DNA from: a virus
Strand: one strand, 5' to 3'
Length of the DNA stretch: 64,000 nt
IMG/VR virus record: IMGVR_UViG_2928010679_000002
Shown here piece after piece: positions 9,108-17,987 of this stretch (positions are counted from its first letter, which is position 1; each line of letters opens with the position of its first letter). The notes under the pieces were generated by a model. The model saw nothing but the letters and a program-made list of their open reading frames with translations. It had not been told where the DNA came from and made no database searches. The position numbers and the translations under genes are program-made.

Positions 9108-9343
9108 TTTGCGGTGCCCCAGAGAGCGAACCAGGATTCGCGCGGGCCCTCGCCGTACATGGCGAGCAACGCGGCGGGCAGGATGAGCAGCAATACCAGG
9201 GCGAGGACGATAAGGTTGTCGCGGCCGGTCGACGGGAACCATAGACCGCCGATGGATTCGTCGTTGGCTGCTGGCGGGAAGCCGGTCGGCGCGGCGGTTG
9301 TACCGGCCTGCGGGCGCGGAGGGTGGACGAGGCGAACGCTCAC
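9104..9343 (-). CDS. Small membrane protein
   Basis: 79 aa with hydrophobic LIVLALVLLLILPAALLAMY. Confidence 0.6.
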   Translation of the reverse strand: MSVRLVHPPRPQAGTTAAPTGFPPAANDESIGGLWFPSTGRDNLIVLALVLLLILPAALLAMYGEGPRESWFALWGTAK

Positions 9344-9798
9344 GATGCGATCCTTTCGTAGATGAGGAGGGTGATGACGAAGAGGCCGGCCAGGGCGGAT
9401 GCGGCGATCACCGCCGCTTCTTCAACCTGTTGGCGGCGCGGCACTTCGACGAAGAGGCGGGCGGTGCTGGAGCGCTGCCCGGGCCCGAAGGCGTCCTCGA
9501 GCGAGCGAGGGAGGCGGCCGGGACTGTGGTCGTCTGCGTGCACGGTGCCCACCAACGTGGGCTGGCCAGCCGGCGCGGGGACAAGAGGGAAGGAGTAGCC
9601 GGGCGGCTTCTGGGCGTCTCCCTTGGCGATGGCGGTGCGCTGCTGTTCCCGATAGAGGGCGATGCAAAGCACGTCAGCCATGCAGCTAGCGCCGTCGACC
9701 AGCATGGCGTCAACGTGCGTGCCATCGGGCGTATCGTGGGAGTCCGTCAACGAGTTGTAGGACACCCATGGCCGCGGCGTGTGCTGCACGGTGCTCAT
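9340..9798 (-). CDS. Hypothetical protein with C-terminal TM helix
   Basis: HTPRPW N-terminus; C-terminal AAVIAASALAGLFVITLLIY. Confidence 0.6.
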   Translation of the reverse strand: MSTVQHTPRPWVSYNSLTDSHDTPDGTHVDAMLVDGASCMADVLCIALYREQQRTAIAKGDAQKPPGYSFPLVPAPAGQPTLVGTVHADDHSPGRLPRSLEDAFGPGQRSSTARLFVEVPRRQQVEEAAVIAASALAGLFVITLLIYERIAS

Positions 9799-9917
9799 GC
9801 CGCGCACCATTCAAGGGGAGCCATGGCGCGCTCGCGGCGCACCTCGGCGTAACGGCGCCGCATGGCGGCGATCTGGCGCTGGATTTCCAGCAGTTGAGCT
9901 TGCAAGACTGCCTTCAT
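9795..9917 (-). CDS. Small hypothetical protein (40 aa, below the ORF track cut-off)
   Basis: MKAVLQAQLLEIQRQIAAMRRRYAEVRRERAMAPLEWCAA; ATGA overlaps with both neighbours. Confidence 0.5.
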   Translation of the reverse strand: MKAVLQAQLLEIQRQIAAMRRRYAEVRRERAMAPLEWCAA

Positions 9918-10114
9918 GCCAGCCTCGCCGAGCGGTTGTGGGAGAGCTCGAGGCTCAGGGCAGACGCGACCTGCAGCTGGTCCAGTGCGCCGGTGCCCTT
10001 GGCGAGCGCATAGGCGCGGTCGAAAGCGATCAGTTGCTCTTCAGTGAAGTCGGCGGCAGGCGGCGATACCGCGGCCGGCAGGGCGTGGGCAGTTCGTCCT
10101 GGGTTGTTGTGCAT
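9914..10114 (-). CDS. First gene of the leftward early operon, hypothetical
   Basis: 66 aa; GAGGAG RBS; immediately downstream of pL. Confidence 0.65.
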   Translation of the reverse strand: MHNNPGRTAHALPAAVSPPAADFTEEQLIAFDRAYALAKGTGALDQLQVASALSLELSHNRSARLA

Positions 10115-10152
10115 TTGCGCTCCTCGTAGGCCGATTGGTGGCCGTGAGAAGT

Positions 10153-10192
10153 AATTTAGCGAAACGCAAAATGGGTGTCAATAGCGAAACGC
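10153..10192 (-). promoter_or_regulatory. pL sigma70 promoter with two repressor operators
   Basis: Minus strand TTGACA (10181-10176), 17 nt, TAAATT (10158-10153); TAGCGAAACGC at 10157-10167 and 10182-10192. Confidence 0.85.
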
Positions 10193-10235
10193 GAAAGAAT
10201 TTGCGATACTTCGGCCGCGCCATGTCGGCGAACGC

Positions 10236-10260
10236 AAAAAAGCCCGCGCACGGCGGGCCT
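10236..10260 (-). terminator. Intrinsic terminator protecting pL from cI-operon read-through
   Basis: Minus strand GGCCCGCCGTGCGCGGGC followed by T6. Confidence 0.7.
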
Positions 10261-10270
10261 AGGAGTGCTT

Positions 10271-10639
10271 ATGGATCTGTCAGAACGCGCGCAGGAGTTC
10301 CTGTGCTCCCTCGATCCCGAGGGTTTGGAGGTCGGCGATGGAAGCGATCACCTGCCGGTGTGGATCGGCGTCGACGCAGAGGCGGGCAAGGTCTTCAAGG
10401 TCTATGCCAGTGGCTTGGCCACGGGCTTTGGGAATGGGCGTCTGTCCATAGCGAACGGTCTGCAGCTTGCGCAGTGGCGGGTGCGGCAGGGTTCTCAGAT
10501 TACTGCGGGCCGCCAGATTGTTCTCAGCGGAGAAAGTGGGCTTCGCATCGTCGAAGCTGATGCAGTACCGCTCAAGTCACCGGGGGATCCACTCTCCCAC
10601 AATGGTGGTGCGGGCGACGCCATGCCCGTCGCCTCCTAG
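10271..10639 (+). CDS. Hypothetical protein in the immunity region
   Basis: AGGAG RBS before ATG 10271; 122 aa; 3' end overlaps the convergent gene. Confidence 0.5.
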   Translation: MDLSERAQEFLCSLDPEGLEVGDGSDHLPVWIGVDAEAGKVFKVYASGLATGFGNGRLSIANGLQLAQWRVRQGSQITAGRQIVLSGESGLRIVEADAVPLKSPGDPLSHNGGAGDAMPVAS

Positions 10640-10888
10640 CTCATCCGATTTCGGGCCACGAAGCACCCAGAGCCGGTTCGGCCCGGACTCTTTTGCATGC
10701 CTGCTGGCTTTTGCCTTGAATTCGCTGCGGCTGATTTCGACCATTTCCATGATCGCTGTGTCGGCTACTTCATCGATGGCGAACTGAGTGCATTCAACGC
10801 AATCGAAGCGCTTCCCTTTGGCGGGGTGCCGCATTTCGGTGTAGCTCGCGGGCCGGTTGCAGAGAGGGCATGGTTCAACGCCTGGCAT
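10577..10888 (-). CDS. Zinc-finger protein downstream of cI
   Basis: CPLC...CVEC; AAGGA RBS; 16 nt after the cI stop. Confidence 0.65.
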   Translation of the reverse strand: MPGVEPCPLCNRPASYTEMRHPAKGKRFDCVECTQFAIDEVADTAIMEMVEISRSEFKAKASRHAKESGPNRLWVLRGPKSDELGGDGHGVARTTIVGEWIPR

Positions 10889-10904
10889 GGTTTCCTTCGA
10901 GTGG

Positions 10905-11642
10905 TCAGTATTGCTCGCTCTTCCAGACCGTCAGGATCTTCCCGATGATGTGCAAATGCGGGTTTTTGGGCGAGATGTCGTAGGGCGGGAAGTCGTCCTT
11001 GTTCTTCGAGATCACGCGCAGGACGAAGCCAGGGCCGTTGAACTCGGGCACGCGCTGAAGGCTCTTGATGTAGCCCTCATCACCAACTCGGAAGAAGTAG
11101 ACGCCTTCGTGATCGACGCGGTTCACTCCGCGGTCCATCAGCAGCGGGTCGCCTGGATTGAACATTCCCTTCATCGAGGGGCCGAACCCGGTGACGATGC
11201 ACAGGTTTGCGAGGCTGGTATACGACCTGACGTTGAGCTGCAACCATTCGCGATCTACGCGCCAACTCTTGATGATGCCCGGCGGCTCTGCTTCCAGAAG
11301 CAGCTTGCCACGCGTGTCCATGCCGCCGCCCACTGCGTACTGGGCGATGACGACCTCGTCGCCGCTCGCGCTCGGCGCGAGTGAAGGTGGCGGTGGGGCC
11401 GTCGAGGGATGGTGTTCCTGATCCAGCCAGCCTTCGGGCTTTTCAGCCGCCTCTTCGATGCGACGCGCGGTTTCTTTTCGCATTCCGCGCGGCTTGCCTG
11501 TCTTTGAGTCCTTCGCTCCATCCCGCAAGTTTGCGAACTGAGCGGCTGACATGTTGACGGCGCGGGCCGCTTCTGCTGGCCCGCCCCGTTCCTGCTCGAT
11601 CAATCGCAGGTTCTCTCGCCTGATCTCGTCAATGTCTTTCAT
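10905..11642 (-). CDS. cI: CI-like repressor (HTH + S24 autopeptidase)
   Basis: N-terminal RRENLRLIEQ...AARAVNMSAAQF HTH; TGFGPSMKGMFNPGDPLLMD...GYIKSLQR...LRVISKNKDDFPPY. Confidence 0.95.
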   Translation of the reverse strand: MKDIDEIRRENLRLIEQERGGPAEAARAVNMSAAQFANLRDGAKDSKTGKPRGMRKETARRIEEAAEKPEGWLDQEHHPSTAPPPPSLAPSASGDEVVIAQYAVGGGMDTRGKLLLEAEPPGIIKSWRVDREWLQLNVRSYTSLANLCIVTGFGPSMKGMFNPGDPLLMDRGVNRVDHEGVYFFRVGDEGYIKSLQRVPEFNGPGFVLRVISKNKDDFPPYDISPKNPHLHIIGKILTVWKSEQY

Positions 11643-11655
11643 GGGCGGGATTCGA

Positions 11656-11721
11656 TAGCAAAACGCAAAAAGCGTATATGCGCGTTTCGCTATTGACGAG
11701 TGTTTTGCGTAACGCTAAATT
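11656..11721 (+). promoter_or_regulatory. OR operators and pR sigma70 promoter
   Basis: TAGCAAAACGC 11656-11666, GCGTTTCGCTA 11682-11692, GCGTAACGCTA 11707-11717; TTGACG (11693-98), 17 nt, TAAATT (11716-21). Confidence 0.85.
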
Positions 11722-11728
11722 CGAGGCT

Positions 11729-12016
11729 ATGGACCTGAAAACATACCTCTCCGGCGCCGGCCGGGGCGCCGCTTCCCGGCTCAGCCGCGAAATCGGTGTC
11801 TCGCCTGTTTTGATCTCCCAGTGGGCATCGGACGCGCGGCCAGTCCCCGCCGAGAGGTGCCCGCCCATCGAGCGGGCTACTAGCGGCGTGGTGACCTGCG
11901 AGACGCTGAACCCGAACGAACCCTGGCGCCGCATACCTGATTCGACCTGGCCCAACCCTGAGGGGCGCCCCGTCCTCGATTTCGCCGCGAAAGCCAATGC
12001 TGAGGAGGCCGTCTGA
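11729..12016 (+). CDS. cro: Cro-like (YdaS family) regulator
   Basis: MDLKTYLSGAGRGAASRLSREIGVSPVLISQWASDARPVPAERCPPIERATSGVVTCETLNP; divergent from cI. Confidence 0.9.
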   Translation: MDLKTYLSGAGRGAASRLSREIGVSPVLISQWASDARPVPAERCPPIERATSGVVTCETLNPNEPWRRIPDSTWPNPEGRPVLDFAAKANAEEAV

Positions 12017-12195
12017 TGCACGTCAAACCTCTCTCCTCATTGAGCCACGAAGAGGTCGCCGACCTCGCTGGGCAGGCCGCCGAGCGGGGGGAAGAGCTCC
12101 CCCTGGCGAATCCTTTCCCCGAGGGCACATGGCGCCACACCGTCTTCCGCGACGTGTTCGTTGCCCGCCTTGCCGACCAGCAGCCGATCGGCTGA
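12016..12195 (+). CDS. Small hypothetical protein (59 aa)
   Basis: MHVKPLSSLSHEEVADLAGQAAERGEELPLANPFP...; ATG overlaps cro TGA. Confidence 0.6.
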   Translation: MHVKPLSSLSHEEVADLAGQAAERGEELPLANPFPEGTWRHTVFRDVFVARLADQQPIG

Positions 12196-12222
12196 CCACT
12201 TCACCCCCACCACGAGTTCGAG

Positions 12223-12537
12223 ATGTCCACCATCGACCAAGACCAAGAGCCGGCCTTCGCCCGCGGCATCGCCGGGCCACTCGGAAAGCTGACCGAGGAC
12301 CTGAAGACCAAGGTTGACCAGACGACTGACGAGGTATTCCGTCGTCACTGCGCTTTGAGCAACACCGACACGGCCACGCTGCTGCGCGACTTCATTTACC
12401 TGACCTGCTACGGCAAGACGTGGCGACAAATGGTTGCGGAGAAGTTGATTCATGACGGCGAGCGTACCGACGCGATGCGCAAACTGACAGGGCCTTTTGA
12501 GGGCCCCGAATTCGCGCAGCGGGGAGGGCACCACTGA
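12223..12537 (+). CDS. Regulator in the CII position (possible ribbon-helix-helix)
   Basis: GKLTEDLKTKVDQTTDEVFRRHC...TATLLRDFIYLTCYGKT; position after cro. Confidence 0.55.
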   Translation: MSTIDQDQEPAFARGIAGPLGKLTEDLKTKVDQTTDEVFRRHCALSNTDTATLLRDFIYLTCYGKTWRQMVAEKLIHDGERTDAMRKLTGPFEGPEFAQRGGHH

Positions 12538-13631
12538 TGGACTGGCTCAACCGCTGCCACTTCGGTGACGTGCGCGCTGTGCTGCGCCGCATGATTGCGG
12601 ACGGCGTGCAGGTGCACACCATCGTGACCTCGCCGCCCTACTGGGGCCTGCGCTCCTACCTGCCGGCCGAGCATCCCGACAAGGCGTTTGAAATCGGCGC
12701 CGAGCCGACCATCGGCGAGTTCATTGTGGGCATGGTTGAGGTGTTCGACCTCGCGCGCCAGGTGCTGCGCGACGACGGGACCATGTGGGTGAACATGGGT
12801 GACAGCTACGCTGCATCCAGCCTTTCCAACCACGGCCGAGGAAAGGCTACACCGGCAACCAACAGCCGCGGCGAGCCACAGCCCGGCGCTGGATGGGAGA
12901 ACCCGCCGCGTCGAATGCCTGGTGACGGTCTCAAGTCCAAAGACCTGATCGGGCAGCCGTGGCGTCTCGCCTTTGCGCTGCAGGACGCTGGCTGGTGGCT
13001 GCGCCAGGACATCATTTGGCACAAGCCCAATCCCATGCCAGAGTCGATCAAGGATCGATGCACGAAGGCTCACGAGTACGTCTTTCTGCTCTCGAAGTCG
13101 GAGCGGTATCACTTCGATCACGAGGCCATCAAGGAACAGGGCACGGGCCAGGTGCCGGGCAACGTCAATCCCGTCAAGGGAGCGATTGCCTACGGCGACG
13201 GCGATGAACGTCTGCGCACGAGATCCGGCCTCAATGCCTATGCCGACCGAGCGCGATCCAAGCGCAACAGCTTCGCCCGCGAGACCAAGTACAGCGACGG
13301 GGAGCATGGTCAGAAGCCGCAAGCCCGCCCAGGACGCGAAGACATTGACTACTTCGGCGAACGACACAAGCGTAGCGTCTGGACCGTAGCCACGGCGCCG
13401 TACAAGGGCGCCCATTTCGCGACATTCCCGCCCGCTCTGATCGAGCCCTGCATCCTGGCCGGCGCGCCCGGTGGCGGCATCGTGCTGGATCCGTTCTTCG
13501 GCAGCGGGACCACCGGACAGGTTGCTCAGCAGCTCGGGCGCAACTTCATCGGCATCGAGCTCAACGCGGCGAACGACTCCCTGCAGGCCGAGCGCCTGCG
13601 GCAGGCGTCGCTTCGTTTGGAGGCTGCATGA
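12537..13631 (+). CDS. Orphan DNA methyltransferase, N6-A/N4-C beta class
   Basis: Catalytic TSPPYWGLR precedes the SAM-binding VLDPFFGSGTTG motif; IIWHKPNPMPES. Confidence 0.93.
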   Translation: MDWLNRCHFGDVRAVLRRMIADGVQVHTIVTSPPYWGLRSYLPAEHPDKAFEIGAEPTIGEFIVGMVEVFDLARQVLRDDGTMWVNMGDSYAASSLSNHGRGKATPATNSRGEPQPGAGWENPPRRMPGDGLKSKDLIGQPWRLAFALQDAGWWLRQDIIWHKPNPMPESIKDRCTKAHEYVFLLSKSERYHFDHEAIKEQGTGQVPGNVNPVKGAIAYGDGDERLRTRSGLNAYADRARSKRNSFARETKYSDGEHGQKPQARPGREDIDYFGERHKRSVWTVATAPYKGAHFATFPPALIEPCILAGAPGGGIVLDPFFGSGTTGQVAQQLGRNFIGIELNAANDSLQAERLRQASLRLEAA

Positions 13632-13945
13632 GCGTTTCCGAAACCTCTGCCGAAGCCTACCGCTCCTTGTCGCCGGCGCTCTACCTCTCGCCAAAGGAGC
13701 AGCAGGTCATGCGCCTGTTCCGTCCCGGCGTGTCGCTGAGCCGCCAGCAGATCAGCCAGAAGGCCCGCATGCCGATAAACGGCGTGTGCGGCCGCGTCGA
13801 TTCCCTGCTGGCGGCGGGCCGGCTTGAAGAGCGCGGATTCCGTATCGACCCCAAGACCAACAAGCGCCAGAAGTTGCTGCGCGTTCCGCAGCCCGATCAG
13901 GCCCCACTTTTCCCGGAGACACGCCCGTGCGTGGAGGCTCATTGA
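13628..13945 (+). CDS. Probable winged-HTH protein
   Basis: SLSRQQISQKARMPINGVCGRVDSLLAAGRLEERG. Confidence 0.65.
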   Translation: MSVSETSAEAYRSLSPALYLSPKEQQVMRLFRPGVSLSRQQISQKARMPINGVCGRVDSLLAAGRLEERGFRIDPKTNKRQKLLRVPQPDQAPLFPETRPCVEAH

Positions 13946-14880
13946 CCCGCGACCCGTTCAAATTGACTGGCCCCACCTGCCTGAGTTTCTCCGGCGGGAG
14001 CACGAGCGGCTACATGCTCTGGCGCACGCTGCAGGCCAACACACCCGAAGACATCGGCCGTTGGTTGATCGTGTGCTTTGCCAACACCGGGCGCGAAGCC
14101 GAACAAACGTTGGTCTTCGTGCGCGAGTGCGCCCAGCGCTGGGCCATAGCTATCGTTTGGCTGGAGTGGCGCGACAGCGAGGAGGGCTTTGCACGCGTCG
14201 ATTTCGACACAGCGAGCCGAGATGGAGAGCCCTTTGAAGCGCTGATCCGAAAGCGCAACTACCTGCCGAACCCCGTAACGCGTTTCTGCACCTCCGAACT
14301 GAAGATTCGCACGATGCACCGCTACCTGCGGACGCTCGGCTGGCATGACATGGAGGATGGATGGGACCAGTTCATCGGCATTCGCGCTGACGAGCCGGTG
14401 CGCGTCTCGAAGATCCGCGCACGTGGTCGAAGCACCGAGTCGTCGAAGGAGACGATGTGCATGCCGCTGGCCGAGGAGGGGGTGTCTTATCAGAAGGTCG
14501 ATGCGTTTTGGGCGCAGCAACCTTTCAAATTGGAGTTGGTTCGCTACAACGGCCGCACCCTGGAGGGCAACTGCGACTACTGCTTCCTCAAGCCGCCGGC
14601 GCAGCGGCTGAGCCTGGCGCGCGCAGAACCGGCGCCGCGGCCGCGCCTGACGTGGTGGGCCCGCATCGAACGCGATGCGGTCAAGACCATCGCTCCGCGA
14701 ATGGTGGAGTCTGGCTTCCTCGATGAACGGGGCGAGCCGTTGCTGGTGGAAGCTCGGGGAGACGGCGCCATCTTCTGCAAGGACGGGCCGACCTATTCGC
14801 AAATCGCCGTCTACGCTGACCGCCAGGACGAAATGTTCGACCACGACCAGGAAGCCCTGGCGTGCTACTGCGGGGACTGA
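13942..14880 (+). CDS. PAPS-reductase-like (NinC-type, PP-loop) protein with Cys clusters
   Basis: SFSGGSTSGYML PP-loop, FANTGREAE, RFCTSELK, IGIRADE, GNCDYCFLK, C-terminal CYCGD; TTG start after GGAGG. Confidence 0.8.
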   Translation: MTRDPFKLTGPTCLSFSGGSTSGYMLWRTLQANTPEDIGRWLIVCFANTGREAEQTLVFVRECAQRWAIAIVWLEWRDSEEGFARVDFDTASRDGEPFEALIRKRNYLPNPVTRFCTSELKIRTMHRYLRTLGWHDMEDGWDQFIGIRADEPVRVSKIRARGRSTESSKETMCMPLAEEGVSYQKVDAFWAQQPFKLELVRYNGRTLEGNCDYCFLKPPAQRLSLARAEPAPRPRLTWWARIERDAVKTIAPRMVESGFLDERGEPLLVEARGDGAIFCKDGPTYSQIAVYADRQDEMFDHDQEALACYCGD

Positions 14881-14884
14881 CGTG

Positions 14885-15835
14885 ATGAGACCAGTTCCAT
14901 ACCCCGCGGACACCCGTGCGAAGGGCTGGCGCTTCGAGCTGGACCACGAGCGCATCGAACAGTCAGACACGTGGGCGCTCGCGCCATCCGACGTGAAGCC
15001 GTGGCTGCTCATGCTGTGGCTTTCGTCCTGGCGCCAAGAGCCGTGCGGCTCCCTTCCCAACGAAGACGAACTCATCGCCGTGCGCATCGGCATGCCCATG
15101 AAGACCTTCGCCAAGGTGCGCTCCAAGCTCATGCGTGGCTGGTGGGAGGCCGAGGACGGCCGCCTGTATCACGACACGGTGACGAAGCGCGTCCTGGAGA
15201 TGCTGGCCGCCCGCGAGGCGGAGCGCCGCCGGAAGGCTGAGTACCGCCAACGGAAGGAGGCGGAAAGGACAGGTCTGTCCCGTGGGACAGACGATGGACA
15301 CCAGCAGGACGACACCCGGAAGGACGCCGGGAGAGACGACACCGGAACCGGAACCGGAACCAGTACTGGTAAAGAAGGAAACCACCACCATGCCCGAACT
15401 ACGGGCGGATCGGTGGGGGGTGATGGGCAAAGCCCAACGAAAGCGGGAGAGGTCTGCCGCGCGATCAAGGCTCGCAAGGTGGCCGACGTGAACCCGTCGA
15501 ACCCGGAGCTCAACGCGCTCATCGCGAAGGGCGTGCCGGTCGAAACGTTCGAAGCCGCCGCCGACATCTGCGCCAAGTCCACCCCGCCCAAGGGCTTCGC
15601 CTACCTGCTGGGCATCGTGAAGCGCCAGCTTGGCGAGGCGGCTGCCATCGCATCGGGCGTGGGCATGCCGGAGAAGCCATGGGACGAGAACCGTTCGACC
15701 ATCGAAGCGAAGGGCGAAGAGCTTGGCCTGGGCCGATGGAACGAGCACGACCTGAGCGTCGATCGCGAGACCTTCCCGCAATACACCGCCCGCATCCGCC
15801 GCGCGGTGGAACAACGACAAGGAGTCCCCGCATGA
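14885..15835 (+). CDS. Replication initiator (YdaU/DUF1376-like O protein)
   Basis: PWLLMLWLSSWRQEPCGSLPNEDELIA...DGRLYH..V..R N-terminus, low-complexity linker, position after regulators. Confidence 0.75.
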   Translation: MRPVPYPADTRAKGWRFELDHERIEQSDTWALAPSDVKPWLLMLWLSSWRQEPCGSLPNEDELIAVRIGMPMKTFAKVRSKLMRGWWEAEDGRLYHDTVTKRVLEMLAAREAERRRKAEYRQRKEAERTGLSRGTDDGHQQDDTRKDAGRDDTGTGTGTSTGKEGNHHHARTTGGSVGGDGQSPTKAGEVCRAIKARKVADVNPSNPELNALIAKGVPVETFEAAADICAKSTPPKGFAYLLGIVKRQLGEAAAIASGVGMPEKPWDENRSTIEAKGEELGLGRWNEHDLSVDRETFPQYTARIRRAVEQRQGVPA

Positions 15836-16074
15836 CCAAAGCACTTGCCATTGCTGGCGTTGCCGTGTCCGCGCAGCGGCAACTGCACGCGATTGCCTGC
15901 ATGGAGCGTTCGCTGCATCAACGCGGCCTGCTTTCCGGTGCGGCAGTCGATGCCTTCAACCGATATAGCGCCGTGCAGCAGAGCCGCCTTGCGGTGTGCG
16001 CCGAGCACTTCGCAGCACTGGTGCCGGCGAACGACGGCGCCTTTATTCCAACCCAGGAGCCTGAACCGGCATGA
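15832..16074 (+). CDS. Hypothetical protein
   Basis: AAGGAG RBS, ATGA coupling. Confidence 0.6.
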   Translation: MTKALAIAGVAVSAQRQLHAIACMERSLHQRGLLSGAAVDAFNRYSAVQQSRLAVCAEHFAALVPANDGAFIPTQEPEPA

Positions 16075-16799
16075 ACACGCGCCGCCCCATCACCAAATTC
16101 GACCTGGACGAGGTTTTCGCCTGCATCCGGGAAGCGCCGGTTCGCTGGAGCGACCTGGCAAGAACCAAGACCGCACGCCGCTTGCTGCACCCGATCATCG
16201 ACCAACTGCTGGCCAGTGGTGCCGTGATGTTCGTGCGCTTTGGTGGCAGCCGACACATTGCGGCGGCGGGATGGCGCCCGTCGAAGCAGGAGCAGCTGGA
16301 CGAGATCTACGGCCGCTGCCGTGCGGTCGACGGCTGCATGTTGTGGATTGGACGCATCGACCCCGAACGGGGCCCCGCCATGTACGCCGCCTGGGCAGGC
16401 ACCGAGCGCTCCGTGCGCCGGCGCATCTGGGGAGTCAGGCAACGGAAGCTCGACCGCTCCACCACGATCACGATGACCTGTGCAAATCCGGACGACTGCG
16501 TGCTGTTCGAGCACATGCAGCGCGCCAACCGCGGCGTGAAGCTGAAGGGCAAGCCCAAGACGCTGCTGCATCGGAACGCCATTGCGGCAGCGAAGCGCAA
16601 GGCCACGGGGAAGCTCACCGACGAGAGAGTCGCCCTGATCCTCACGAGCGAGAAGAGCACCCGGTGTCTCGCGCGGGAGATGGACGTGAGCCAGGCCACG
16701 GTACAGGCAGTGCGGTCTGGCGATCGCTGGCGCAACTACCGCGCCACGCCTTTTACAGGCCTTGAAGCCGCCAACGATGCGGAAAGGCGCCGCGCATGA
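16071..16799 (+). CDS. Hypothetical DNA-binding protein (HNH-like remnant plus C-terminal HTH)
   Basis: GCMLWIG...CANPDDCV..EHM; C-terminal TRCLAREMDVSQATVQAVRSGDRW. Confidence 0.6.
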   Translation: MNTRRPITKFDLDEVFACIREAPVRWSDLARTKTARRLLHPIIDQLLASGAVMFVRFGGSRHIAAAGWRPSKQEQLDEIYGRCRAVDGCMLWIGRIDPERGPAMYAAWAGTERSVRRRIWGVRQRKLDRSTTITMTCANPDDCVLFEHMQRANRGVKLKGKPKTLLHRNAIAAAKRKATGKLTDERVALILTSEKSTRCLAREMDVSQATVQAVRSGDRWRNYRATPFTGLEAANDAERRRA

Positions 16800-17059
16800 C
16801 GTGCTCGAACTGTGCCCGCGCGGCCGTGCGCGCTGACTGGCCGGGCTACACCGCCAACTGCCGCGAATGCCTCGCCCGCGGCATCGCCAACGGGCCAGAG
16901 TACTGGCGCTCCCGCAAGGATGGCACGCTGCGCGACGAGTACAAGACGGCGCTGCGAACCATCTGGGGCGAGGAGTGGAAGGACGGGCACGACGCGGTCA
17001 AGACCGCGGCCGCGCGCATGGAAGCTTTGCGCAGCTCGCCGCAAGGAGCGTTGCTGTGA
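16796..17059 (+). CDS. Small Cys-rich protein
   Basis: CSNC...CREC. Confidence 0.65.
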   Translation: MTCSNCARAAVRADWPGYTANCRECLARGIANGPEYWRSRKDGTLRDEYKTALRTIWGEEWKDGHDAVKTAAARMEALRSSPQGALL

Positions 17060-17490
17060 CGGTCCACATCCTCGGCATCGACCCCGGCGCGAGCACCGGG
17101 CTGGCCGCCTTCGACGGTGGCGCCATCACGTTCCTAAAGACCATCACGCCTCATTCCATCGAGCACAACCTGCGCCACTACATGCCGGCGCGCGTGGTGT
17201 TCGAGGACAGCCGGCTCGAGCGACGTGCCTGGAACGCGCGCACGAAGAAGGACTACGGCGCGGCGCTGGCCACCGCCCGCTCGCTGGGCCAGGTGGATGC
17301 CTGGTGCAGCCTCATCACTGCCATCTGCGCTGACCTCGGCATTCCCGCACACGGCATCAGCCCAACCACCAAGGGCGCCAAGCTGGATGCGAAGGCCTTT
17401 GCGCTCGTGACCCGCTGGTCCGCGCGCAGCAACCAACACGAACGCGACGCTGCAATGGTGGCGTGGCCATACCGGAGAACCTCTCGATGA
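17056..17490 (+). CDS. RuvC-like (RNase H fold) Holliday junction resolvase
   Basis: HILGIDPGASTGLA...VVFED...HERDAAM. Confidence 0.75.
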   Translation: MTVHILGIDPGASTGLAAFDGGAITFLKTITPHSIEHNLRHYMPARVVFEDSRLERRAWNARTKKDYGAALATARSLGQVDAWCSLITAICADLGIPAHGISPTTKGAKLDAKAFALVTRWSARSNQHERDAAMVAWPYRRTSR

Positions 17491-17987
17491 CCGACCTCGC
17501 CCTCAATGTCGTTTGGCCCGACCAGGAGCGGGCCCGCACCAGTTTCCTCGAACGTGTCGCGCCGTGGTGCAAGGAGCAGTGGGCCGCGGGCCGGCGCCTG
17601 GAGATTGAGATCCGCCTGCACGAGGACGCGAAGACCGACCGGCAGCGGAAGTACTACCACGGCGTGGTGCTGAAGAGCATCGCGGCCCAGGCGCGGCCGC
17701 AGGGCGCACAGTTCTCGCTGGCGGTCTGGAAGGAACACTTTCGCGCCGAGTACCTGGGCCACAAGACAGTCACGTCCAAGAATCCCCTCACGGGCAAGAA
17801 GGTGCGCCGCCGCGAGCGCGTGAGCAGCGAGGACCTGGGCGTGAAGGGCTACAGCCAGCTCATCGACCGGGTGAGCGCGTTCGCCGCGACCGAGCTGGGC
17901 GTTACGTTCCCCGCCAGCTTCGAGCAGTGGGAGCGTATGCAGGTCGACCCGGACACGGGCGAAATCGTCGGAGCGGTTTGCCCGTGA
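17487..17987 (+). CDS. ninB: NinB-like recombination protein
   Basis: KTDRQRKYYHGVVLKSIA...WKEHFRAEYLG...SSEDLGVKGYSQLIDRVSAFAATELGVTF. Confidence 0.7.
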   Translation: MTDLALNVVWPDQERARTSFLERVAPWCKEQWAAGRRLEIEIRLHEDAKTDRQRKYYHGVVLKSIAAQARPQGAQFSLAVWKEHFRAEYLGHKTVTSKNPLTGKKVRRRERVSSEDLGVKGYSQLIDRVSAFAATELGVTFPASFEQWERMQVDPDTGEIVGAVCP

